A stretch of 24,038 bases of DNA from a virus (Duplodnaviria > Caudoviricetes), in the IMG/VR virus record IMGVR_UViG_3300043178_000033, positions 1-24,038 of that record. One strand, 5' to 3'. The notes under the pieces are model-generated. The model did not search any database and was not told the origin of the DNA. It saw only the letters and a program-made list of their open reading frames with translations. Positions 7,486 through 15,623 of this stretch are shown here, piece by piece. A program made the position numbers and the translations under genes. Each line of letters begins with the position of its first letter. Position 1 is the stretch's first letter.

Positions 7486-7888
7486 GCCTGAAGCCAAACC
7501 CTACGACCGGCGAAGGGACGGCCGCTACCTCGGGACTGCCAAAGACGCCCGCATGATCGCCGAAGCGATCATCGGCAAGAAGGAAGTCCCAAGACCCCGA
7601 AGGAAGAGAACTCCGCTTCGAGAACTCGCCCGATACTACGCCGACGCGATCACGCTACAGGCGCTCTACAGGCTGGAGCAGCTTGTGCAAGATCCAAACA
7701 CGGCCGCGAAGGACGTTGTTTCGATTCTTACGGCGGTCCGGGAACATTACGACTGGGCGAAGGCCAAGGAGCAGGAGAAGCTCTCAGCCCGGCCCGCATG
7801 GAAGACGAGAGCAGGCCAGACCCAGCCGGACGTGCCTGACATGAAGCGATTCGACCGGGAGGCGGGAATTGAAGCCGACGCGAGATAG
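7478..7888 (+). CDS. terS: Putative terminase small subunit
   Basis: Immediately before TerL, basic/helical composition; GTG 7478 overlaps the upstream gene end with GGAG upstream. Confidence 0.55.
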   Translation: MNEPEAKPYDRRRDGRYLGTAKDARMIAEAIIGKKEVPRPRRKRTPLRELARYYADAITLQALYRLEQLVQDPNTAAKDVVSILTAVREHYDWAKAKEQEKLSARPAWKTRAGQTQPDVPDMKRFDREAGIEADAR

Positions 7889-9563
7889 AGGCCCCGACTT
7901 CGATTCCCGGGTGGACGTGATTCGGCACTACGCCCGCGTCGGTGTCAAGACCGATCAAGAACTCCGGCGGCTGGCTGCCGCCATCGTTGGTGGGCCGTGG
8001 CTCTGGCATTCCCTTTGCCCGAGCCATCAGACCCCGTGGGAACTGATTCGGTCTGTCTACTTCGGCGAAGCGGACGAAACGCTCGGGATCGGCCCCAGAT
8101 CCGGCTACAAAACCCAAAGCGTCGGGCTGTTGAACGCGCTCGACATCATCACCCGGCCGGGGGTGCAGATCGCGCACGCTGCCGCGACGCTGCCTCAAGC
8201 TCAGCGGGGGCAACAGTGGACGACGAAGTATTTGTTCTCCGCGCCCGTCGTAGCTTCCGGTATTCTGGAAGGGGCAAAGCCGCTGAAGTGGCGGACCCAA
8301 CTCAAGAATGGTTCGATCATTGAGGTTCTACCGGCAACTCCGACCGGCTTAAATTCTCTTCACGTCCAGCTTCTAAGACTCGATGAGTTTGAGTTGGTCA
8401 AGTCCGACATCCTGGACGAAGCTCGATTGATTCCGCAGAGTTTCGACGGTTACAGCCGCTCGATCCTGTATTTCTCAAGCCGGAAGTTCCGCGATGGAAA
8501 CGTTGACCGGATGCTCTATGATCGCCGCAACGCAGGGGTGAAAAAAGTGGTTTGGTGCGTGGGCGAAGTTGTGGAGGGATGTCTTGAATCCCGGAGGGGG
8601 GCGGACGAGGAAATTTACGAGAACGTCGAGGACTACACCGATCCGGCCGCACCGCCACTCACCGTCAAGGCGTTTACGAACTGCGGGAAATGCGTTCTGC
8701 TCCCCGACTGTCGGGGTACGTTCGCTCGGGCGAGGGGCTGGACCAAGATTGACGACGTTGCGGCCGAGTTCAAGAGCGTGGACCGGGTGACGTGGATTTC
8801 TCAGAAGCGTTGCCGGAGGGTCGAGAGGAAAGGTGGCCGGGTTTTCCCGAGATTCTCTCGACTTCTGAATGTCCGGCAGTTGGAGCCGGAGCCGGGGCCG
8901 ATCCGTATGGTTGTCGACTTCTCCGGTGGTGTCGCGCAGACGGCGGTTCTGTTCTATCAGACGGTCAACGGAGCCGCTTGGGTGCTGGCCGAATACACTT
9001 CGAGAGGGACGGGGCCGGATCAAGACGTGCCGAACGTGGAGGCGATCTTGGCGGATCGCTTTCCGGGCCGTACCGTCGAATCCGCGTTCGGGGATTCCGC
9101 CTCGCCGTTGATGATCGACGAATGGAACCGGCGGACGAACCTCTTCACGCTTACTCCGGTTCACAAGCTCAGGACCAAGGCCGAAATGGTCCGGGTGCTT
9201 GGGGCGCTCATCGAACCGGCCGGGGGAGGCACGAAGTATTTCGTCGATCCGTCTTGTGAGACGCACATTGAGGAGCTTCTCGGGTTCCGCAAGCGCGACA
9301 AGATCCAAGACAACAGACCGAAACACGAGGAGTTTGACGATAAGAATGTTGACACTGTGGACGCCGCGTTGTATTTAGCTCTTGACGTGAAGCCGGAATC
9401 GACCTACGACGATCTTCCGGGCGCTCGGGTGATCTCTACCGGGACCGATGCCGTCGTGGATTCGGAGGCCCCGCCTGATCCGAACGCCGTTCCGACACTG
9501 ACCTACGCGGATTATCTGGGGGAGAAGTTCCAACGCCTCCTTCGGCGCAGCCGTGACAAATAA
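7869..9563 (+). CDS. terL: Terminase large subunit
   Basis: Walker A GPRSGYKT, Walker B LLRLDE, nuclease acidic motifs VVDFSGG, FGDSAS and DTVDAALY; upstream of portal. Confidence 0.9.
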   Translation: MKPTRDRGPDFDSRVDVIRHYARVGVKTDQELRRLAAAIVGGPWLWHSLCPSHQTPWELIRSVYFGEADETLGIGPRSGYKTQSVGLLNALDIITRPGVQIAHAAATLPQAQRGQQWTTKYLFSAPVVASGILEGAKPLKWRTQLKNGSIIEVLPATPTGLNSLHVQLLRLDEFELVKSDILDEARLIPQSFDGYSRSILYFSSRKFRDGNVDRMLYDRRNAGVKKVVWCVGEVVEGCLESRRGADEEIYENVEDYTDPAAPPLTVKAFTNCGKCVLLPDCRGTFARARGWTKIDDVAAEFKSVDRVTWISQKRCRRVERKGGRVFPRFSRLLNVRQLEPEPGPIRMVVDFSGGVAQTAVLFYQTVNGAAWVLAEYTSRGTGPDQDVPNVEAILADRFPGRTVESAFGDSASPLMIDEWNRRTNLFTLTPVHKLRTKAEMVRVLGALIEPAGGGTKYFVDPSCETHIEELLGFRKRDKIQDNRPKHEEFDDKNVDTVDAALYLALDVKPESTYDDLPGARVISTGTDAVVDSEAPPDPNAVPTLTYADYLGEKFQRLLRRSRDK

Positions 9564-11793
9564 AGGCCATAGCCCGAACGGAGCCGAACTGCTGACGACC
9601 GGCCGTTACGAATCCGTCGCCCCGGCCGAAAGCTACATCGAGAAGCTCCATACCATCGAGGGCGACGGCCGCCGGTGGGAGGAACTCCCCTCTCCCCCCG
9701 CTCCGGGAGTGACGCAGGAAGACTTTTCGACGATCCTGACTCTCTACACCGCGAACCCGTGGATCTACGCGGCGGTCAACCGGACTTCCTCGGCCGTCTC
9801 CAGCGTCCGGCGGATCTTCTACGAGATCGGGCCGGACGGTCAGAGGAAGCGGTCCAAGACGACAAAGCTCCAAAGGCTTCTTGACCGCCCGAACCGCTGG
9901 CAGGTGTGGGAAGACCTCATCGAACAGACCGTAATCGACCTGCGGATGTTGGGCTGGTCCTATTGGGAGAAGGTCTTGACGCCGGACGGAAAGACCGTCG
10001 CCCTCTGGAGACTCCGGGCGGATCGCGTCAAGCCGATTCCCGATCCTGATACCTATTGGAGTGGGATCGAGTTCTACCGGACACCGACCGACGTGATTAC
10101 GCTGGGCCTAGACGAGTTCCTGAGCTTCCGCCAATGGTCGCCGATTTCCGATTATTACGGCGTTTCGGGGATGTTCGCCGCTCAAACCCCGGCGACGTGG
10201 GATCTCTACGGCCGGGCTTGGAATACCTCGGTGTTCCGCAACGGCGCGGCGGCCATGCCCGAAGGGGTCTTCCTGACGAAGAACCGGCTTGACGAGACGA
10301 CCGAGAAGCGGATCAAGGCCGCGATCAAGAACAAGATCGGACACCCGGACGTTTGGCGAGACATTCTGATTCTCGATAATGGGCTGGAGTTCAGACCTAC
10401 GGCGGTAAGCGCCCGCGATATGCAGTTCGTCGAATTGATGGGCCAAGCCCGCGATCAAATCCTTGCGGCGATGGGGGTTCCCCCCGCGATGGTCGGGGTT
10501 CCCGTCGCCGGTGGGCTCGGGGGTTGGAGGGAGCAGCGCCAGCAGTTCTATCAGATCACCGTACTACCGCTCCTCCGCAAGATCGAGTCAACGATCAACC
10601 GTTTTCTCGCGCCCGAGGGCGAGGCGATGGCGTTCGACCTCTCCGACATCCTGAGCCTCATTGAAGACCTCGACTCAATCGCCTCTCAGTCGGAACGGCT
10701 GGTGACGCGAGGGATTAGGACGATCAACGAGATTCGGGAGGAAATGGGACTGGAGCCGACCGAGTGGGGCAACGTTTGGTGGGCTCCGCTGGGCCTCGCC
10801 CCCGTGGAGGCCCCCGGCAGGCCCGCACGACCCGAGGGGTTGGGGGGCGGTCCGCAGCAACCCGGAGCTTCTCCGGTTCCTGCACGGCCGCCCGTTCCGG
10901 GAATCCCCGCCCCCGCCCCTCAGCAGAAGACCCGGAAGCTCGCCGCCAACGAAGACGGAGAAGCCAGAGTTGAAATCCTGCGGGCGACCCAGCGCGGAAT
11001 CCGGCCAAGCATGGCCCGGAGGATTGCGGGCCGCTATCGTCGGGCGCTCGATGAAGTCAGGACCGGGATCGTCCAGCGTTTTCGGGATACTGTGGCTGGA
11101 AGCAGGATCGTCAAGGCGGAACCCGAGGAAGCCTTCAGTCTGCCGTCCGATTTTGTTCCGCTGGACGAAGGCCAGTTCAAGGAATTCATGGCCGACATGA
11201 TGGGGCCGGAAATCAAAGACCAGACGCGCAGGGCCGCTCGTGCCATAGCGTCCGCGTTGGAGATTTCATTCAAAGATCCCGTTGGGGACGGCCGTTTCGA
11301 GAAAGCGTTTGACGACTGGAAAGAGCTTCGGATGGGCTCCAGTGGCCGGACCATCACCGACCGCGCTCTCAAGACTATCGAGGAGATGAAAGGCGAAGAC
11401 CTCACGGCCGAACAGGCCATCGAGCGGTTGGGCCGGGCGCTGGATGACGAAATGGAGCGGAGGGTTGCGGACCTTTCGATTTCGGACGCTACGACGTTTG
11501 GAAACGTCGCGGAAGTGGTCGAGGGCGTGGCCGGAGGCTTCACTCACAAGATGTGGGTGACCCAAGAAGACGCCTCCGTTCGCGGAGTCGCCCCGACTCC
11601 CGGCGAAGATCATTCCGTAATGCACGGGGTTGTGGTCAAGATCGACGATTTCTTTTCCGTGCCGGGGCGTGGGCAGGAATATCTAATGTTTGCGCCCGGC
11701 GACCCGAACGGAGGTCCAGAAGTGACTTCCCGGTGTCGGTGTTCTTTGGTTCTTTTGCGTCAAGACGAAGCTGAGGCGCTTGAGGCCGGATAG
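9553..11793 (+). CDS. HK97-type portal protein fused to a MuF (gp7-like) head morphogenesis domain
   Basis: NPWIYAAV, LLDRPN, YYGVS, RDMQFVE, AMGVPP and TINEIREEMGLEP portal motifs; Pro-rich linker; C-terminal KMWVT..D..VR..H..MHG...PGDP...CRC MuF signature. Confidence 0.92.
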   Translation: MTNKGHSPNGAELLTTGRYESVAPAESYIEKLHTIEGDGRRWEELPSPPAPGVTQEDFSTILTLYTANPWIYAAVNRTSSAVSSVRRIFYEIGPDGQRKRSKTTKLQRLLDRPNRWQVWEDLIEQTVIDLRMLGWSYWEKVLTPDGKTVALWRLRADRVKPIPDPDTYWSGIEFYRTPTDVITLGLDEFLSFRQWSPISDYYGVSGMFAAQTPATWDLYGRAWNTSVFRNGAAAMPEGVFLTKNRLDETTEKRIKAAIKNKIGHPDVWRDILILDNGLEFRPTAVSARDMQFVELMGQARDQILAAMGVPPAMVGVPVAGGLGGWREQRQQFYQITVLPLLRKIESTINRFLAPEGEAMAFDLSDILSLIEDLDSIASQSERLVTRGIRTINEIREEMGLEPTEWGNVWWAPLGLAPVEAPGRPARPEGLGGGPQQPGASPVPARPPVPGIPAPAPQQKTRKLAANEDGEARVEILRATQRGIRPSMARRIAGRYRRALDEVRTGIVQRFRDTVAGSRIVKAEPEEAFSLPSDFVPLDEGQFKEFMADMMGPEIKDQTRRAARAIASALEISFKDPVGDGRFEKAFDDWKELRMGSSGRTITDRALKTIEEMKGEDLTAEQAIERLGRALDDEMERRVADLSISDATTFGNVAEVVEGVAGGFTHKMWVTQEDASVRGVAPTPGEDHSVMHGVVVKIDDFFSVPGRGQEYLMFAPGDPNGGPEVTSRCRCSLVLLRQDEAEALEAG

Positions 11794-12596
11794 CCATGGA
11801 TCTTCGGATTTCGCATCAAAGCAGGATCTTTATTACCGCGACTATTCATGGCTCTGATTCGGGAGAGATAGAGCAACTGCCGTCTACGAAGATTTGGATT
11901 TGGTTTTCTCGTGCGGTTGATCGGAAAGCGTAGGACCAAACTTGCTTGCTTGTTTTTAAGAATCAAAAACCGCTTAATCTGTCTGATAAGATTGCGGGCT
12001 CGTTCGGCATGGACTTGAAAAACATAAATCGTATTCCAAAGCGGTTTGTCGGGATAAAATCGCTCGTGGATCGAACCAAACCCTATCCATCGTTTCACAG
12101 TCTTACACACTTTCTCGGAACCGATTGTGATAAGCAGGGCAGGAGTAATATAGAAACCCGTATTTTTGTTGTAGTTGGCTTTCCTGAGAGTGATCGTTCC
12201 TTCTCCGTCAACCAGTCCCGCAATATAAGCACTTTGAACTGGAGACAATTTCCGAACCTTCAGTCCAAAACGCCATCTTGCCCAACAGAGTCTGGTGCAA
12301 AATTTTTGCCGATTTCTTCTCGTAAGAATCGGACTACGACACGCTTGACAGAGTATCCGTTTTATGGGCCGAATCTTAGTCGCTCTGAAGCAGCGTCGAG
12401 AACAGAATTGCCGTTTTTGTTCGTTTCTCGAACCAGCAATGACCTCAAATCGACGACTACACCGAATACAGACCTTCTCGACTCTTTTGCGTCGGGCCGA
12501 TGTGTTGGAGCAGGTCCGGGAGCAATACGGCGGAGTGTAGTCTTTGTGTTTTCTGGATCGCTCGAAGACTGCACCGCAAAACAAACATTTGAACAT
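11760..12596 (-). CDS. Free-standing LAGLIDADG homing endonuclease with N-terminal Cys-rich repeats
   Basis: SAYIAGLVDGEGTI motif; repeated CxxC and [YF]CSRxC units; lower GC (23/60 at 11941-12000); ATG 12596 chosen from the upstream promoter. Confidence 0.88.
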   Translation of the reverse strand: MFKCLFCGAVFERSRKHKDYTPPYCSRTCSNTSARRKRVEKVCIRCSRRFEVIAGSRNEQKRQFCSRRCFRATKIRPIKRILCQACRSPILTRRNRQKFCTRLCWARWRFGLKVRKLSPVQSAYIAGLVDGEGTITLRKANYNKNTGFYITPALLITIGSEKVCKTVKRWIGFGSIHERFYPDKPLWNTIYVFQVHAERARNLIRQIKRFLILKNKQASLVLRFPINRTRKPNPNLRRRQLLYLSRIRAMNSRGNKDPALMRNPKIHGYPASSASASS

Positions 12597-12606
12597 GACA
12601 GAGGGA

Positions 12607-12635
12607 ACTATACCGTTAAAATCCCGGCGTATCAA
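12607..12635 (-). promoter_or_regulatory. Sigma70-type promoter for the antisense endonuclease
   Basis: Minus strand TTGATA-17 bp-TATAGT, 10 nt upstream of ATG 12596. Confidence 0.7.
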
Positions 12636-12646
12636 GAGGTTTTTTC

Positions 12647-15160
12647 GTGAGCCTCTCCCTCTACGATCTGACGCCGACCGTCCTTCGAGTTCTGGACGAC
12701 CGGGACGTTGAGACGCTCGACCATCGCGCTCATAAGGTCTGGACCAACGACATTCGGGCAATCGCCAACGATCATCGGATCGGGAAGCTCCTCTCCGCTC
12801 TCGCCCGGAGCCATTCGATGATTGTCAAAGAGCTAAGGCGTCGGGGACTCCAGCACGAAGACCGGGAAGACGGGCTCGACGAACTCTCGAAAGTCACCAC
12901 CCCGTTGGGTGAAGTGCTTTCGACTCCCGTAGGGATCGAGGGGCTCCCGGCGATCCGCGTTACCGCCGAAGAGGGGGCGCAAATCGCGGATGGCCGGTTC
13001 GATTCGTTCGCCCTGCCCGATACTCCGAAGGCGTTGAGTCTGGTTGGCATGGGGCAGGGGGTGAAGGCGGTTCTGATTGCGGGGGGCTTTGCGACGGGAC
13101 GGTTGGCGCTCTCGGCCGAAAGCAGGGAAGTTCCGATGGAGCGGATTGGGGAGCGGACACTCGATCTTGAAGGACCGGGTGAACCCCGTAGAGTAGTCGG
13201 ATTCAGCTTCGATCCCTTCCTCGTCCCGGTCAAGGCCGAAGCTGAGATCGAAGGCTCGATCTTCTGGCCCGGCGAGGTTTCCTTCTCCGGCGTGCCGCAG
13301 GTCAAGGCGATTCACCAGCTTCCAACTCGGGACGTGACGCCGAAACTTCTGATGACGCTTTCAGACAGGACGCTCGAAACGCTGGACACGATTCTTCATT
13401 CCCGACACAAGCGATTCGAGGAGGAAGGGAAAGAATCGGAGGATCTGGTCAACGCCCATCGGTTCGTCATTGACGAAATGAAGAGGCGCAAGGTCAAGCA
13501 CGAAGAAGCAGGGGACGCTTTGGATCGGGCCACGGCCGAACTCTCCAAAGAAGCGGCGCTTCATGGCGCTCCGACTCCTGTAGTGGACGAAGAGCGGCTT
13601 CGGGCGCTCCACAAGGAACTTCCCGAGTCAATCGTCGTGACGCCGGAATTCGTCTCCCTGACCGGCTCGTTCGTCTATCCGCACAAGGATGGGAGTCCTC
13701 CAAGGGACATCGATGTCGTGTATCGGGCCAATTCCGAAGCTCTCGGACTTGGAGGGCTGGCTCTCAAACTGGAGCGGGCGTTCAAGGCGCTGGTCGGTCC
13801 GGTTCCCCTCCAGCATATCGCCGAACCTACCGGCCCTTGCTGGACGTTCGCTCCGCTCTACGACCTTGTGCTGGTCAAACGACCTTTCGGAGTCGAGCCG
13901 GTCCATGAGGATTTCGCCCGGTTCATCAAGACGGCCGTGACGCCGAAACAAGCCTTCGAGTTCGCCAAGCCGGGGCTGGAGTTCTACTCGGCGCAGCCGC
14001 TTCGAGTTCTCATGGATCGCTGGGGCGCGAAAGCTCTGGAGGCGGGGGCGGTATATATACAGCCGAAGGCCGATGGTTTCAGCATGGCGATTGTCAAGGA
14101 TGGGAACGAGGTCAAGATCCTGACCGAGAGCGGCCGGGATAGGGCGGGCCTCTTCCCGGGGATCGTTGCTTGGGCCAGACGATTCGAGGATGATTTCGTA
14201 CTCATGGGCGAGTTTGTCCCGCTTGAAGACGGCGAGCCTGTGCCGAGACAAGAAGGGATCTGGACCATCGTTGCGAACGAAAGGCCGGAAGGCGCAAGTG
14301 TCCGGGTCTTCCTCCACGATCTTCTGTACCGTGGGGAGCGAAGCCTTTCCGGCGAACCCTATTCGGAGCGGTGGGCCGAACTGAATCAGATTTTCGGCAA
14401 GGCGGCCAAGGCCGGAGACGACGAAATCGAGGTGATCGAGAACAGGATCGCCGAAGACGAATCCGAACTCATGGTCGCCCTCCGGGAAATGGCGAAGGAG
14501 CTGACCTCGGAAGGGGCGATCCTCAAGCGGGCCGATTGGGTTTATGAGCCGGGCAAGGCTCAGACCCAATGGGTGAAGTTCAAGAACCTCGTGGAGTACG
14601 ATGCCGTAATCATCGGGGCGCGGAAGGTTCCGGCCGGGAGGGAGCCGGGCCGGAGACTGTTACGGGAAGAGGCTCTTGGGGCTTTGCCGCAGCAGACCAA
14701 GGAATCCCAAACGTGGGTGTTTCGTGTCGCCGTCAAGGGGCCGGACGGGAAGCTGATCCCGATTGAGGCTGACCGGACGCTTGGCCCTTCGGACCTTACA
14801 CTCGATTGGGACGAAGCCAAGCAAGCCTATAAGGGGACCGACGATCCGAAGCTCTGGAGCCCGCCTTTCGGATTCACCTGTCCGGGCTTCGAGAGCCGGG
14901 GCGAAGGCGAAACGGCTTACGGTGTCACGTTTGCGGTCAAGCTGATCGAACCGCCTGAGTGCGGTCTGGTCGTGACGGTTGCTCCCGCTGCCTTCCAAGT
15001 GTTCGAGAGGGAAGACGGATCGAAGGGCTACGCTCACACTTTTCCCCGTGTTACTGGATTGAAGATAGACCAACGCACCCCCGGCCGAATCGAGGATATT
15101 CTTGAGGCATTTCGTAGACTCAGGCCGGAAGCACTCGCCAAGGAGTATTGTGATGTCTGA
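12647..15160 (+). CDS. Multidomain ATP-dependent DNA ligase (duplicated helical domain, ASCH-like segment, Pol-beta-type NTase-like domain, ligase)
   Basis: Ligase motifs QPKADG (K at 14066), VLMGE, FLHDLLY, EGAILK, WVKFK and FPRV; NTase LTGS..DID (13664-13714); two copies of H..I..E..RR...H. Confidence 0.85.
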   Translation: MSLSLYDLTPTVLRVLDDRDVETLDHRAHKVWTNDIRAIANDHRIGKLLSALARSHSMIVKELRRRGLQHEDREDGLDELSKVTTPLGEVLSTPVGIEGLPAIRVTAEEGAQIADGRFDSFALPDTPKALSLVGMGQGVKAVLIAGGFATGRLALSAESREVPMERIGERTLDLEGPGEPRRVVGFSFDPFLVPVKAEAEIEGSIFWPGEVSFSGVPQVKAIHQLPTRDVTPKLLMTLSDRTLETLDTILHSRHKRFEEEGKESEDLVNAHRFVIDEMKRRKVKHEEAGDALDRATAELSKEAALHGAPTPVVDEERLRALHKELPESIVVTPEFVSLTGSFVYPHKDGSPPRDIDVVYRANSEALGLGGLALKLERAFKALVGPVPLQHIAEPTGPCWTFAPLYDLVLVKRPFGVEPVHEDFARFIKTAVTPKQAFEFAKPGLEFYSAQPLRVLMDRWGAKALEAGAVYIQPKADGFSMAIVKDGNEVKILTESGRDRAGLFPGIVAWARRFEDDFVLMGEFVPLEDGEPVPRQEGIWTIVANERPEGASVRVFLHDLLYRGERSLSGEPYSERWAELNQIFGKAAKAGDDEIEVIENRIAEDESELMVALREMAKELTSEGAILKRADWVYEPGKAQTQWVKFKNLVEYDAVIIGARKVPAGREPGRRLLREEALGALPQQTKESQTWVFRVAVKGPDGKLIPIEADRTLGPSDLTLDWDEAKQAYKGTDDPKLWSPPFGFTCPGFESRGEGETAYGVTFAVKLIEPPECGLVVTVAPAAFQVFEREDGSKGYAHTFPRVTGLKIDQRTPGRIEDILEAFRRLRPEALAKEYCDV

Positions 15161-15623
15161 CGTTTGGAGGAGACTGAGCCGCGAGTTTCAAATCCTCGCC
15201 AAACATCTAGGCGGGGCTCACGACGAAACGATCCATGGAAACAGAGCCGCAGCGGCGGCGGTTGCAAACTCCTCTCGTTCGTGGAAGAAGTTCGCCTCAA
15301 ATCTCGATAGACTTAGAGGAGCGTTTGGGGAACGGGGCGAGACTAAGATCGAACAGGGAGCCGTCGAACGAATCAAGAACGAGGTCAACTCATCCCTTGG
15401 AGATTTTGAGAAATCGGTTGGTCGCTTGGAGCGACAAATCTTCAAGCACCCCGACAAAGCCGCCCGAATCAATCTTATCCGTGGCACGAAGGAGATTCGG
15501 CGGGAACTCTTTCAGTTACGTCAAGACTGGAGGAAGGGCGCTTTACCGCAGGTGTTCGCCAAAACGAGGGTGATCGAACACGCGATTGAGGGGAATGACC
15601 GCACCATTGCGGCCTCAAGGTGA
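15153..15623 (+). CDS. Tag-bearing helical protein (short leader, KHLGGAHDETIHG, unknown domain)
   Basis: AAGGAG RBS and ATG 15153 overlapping the ligase end; tag at 15201-15239. Confidence 0.75.
   Translation: MSDVWRRLSREFQILAKHLGGAHDETIHGNRAAAAAVANSSRSWKKFASNLDRLRGAFGERGETKIEQGAVERIKNEVNSSLGDFEKSVGRLERQIFKHPDKAARINLIRGTKEIRRELFQLRQDWRKGALPQVFAKTRVIEHAIEGNDRTIAASR

Noticed and set aside
11760-12646. Group I intron or intein carrying the LAGLIDADG ORF
   Set aside because: The ORF is antisense, both flanking genes appear complete, and there are no intein termini or room for a ribozyme core.
11946-12650. 234-aa plus-strand ORF
   Set aside because: Shadow of the minus-strand endonuclease; no recognisable motifs.
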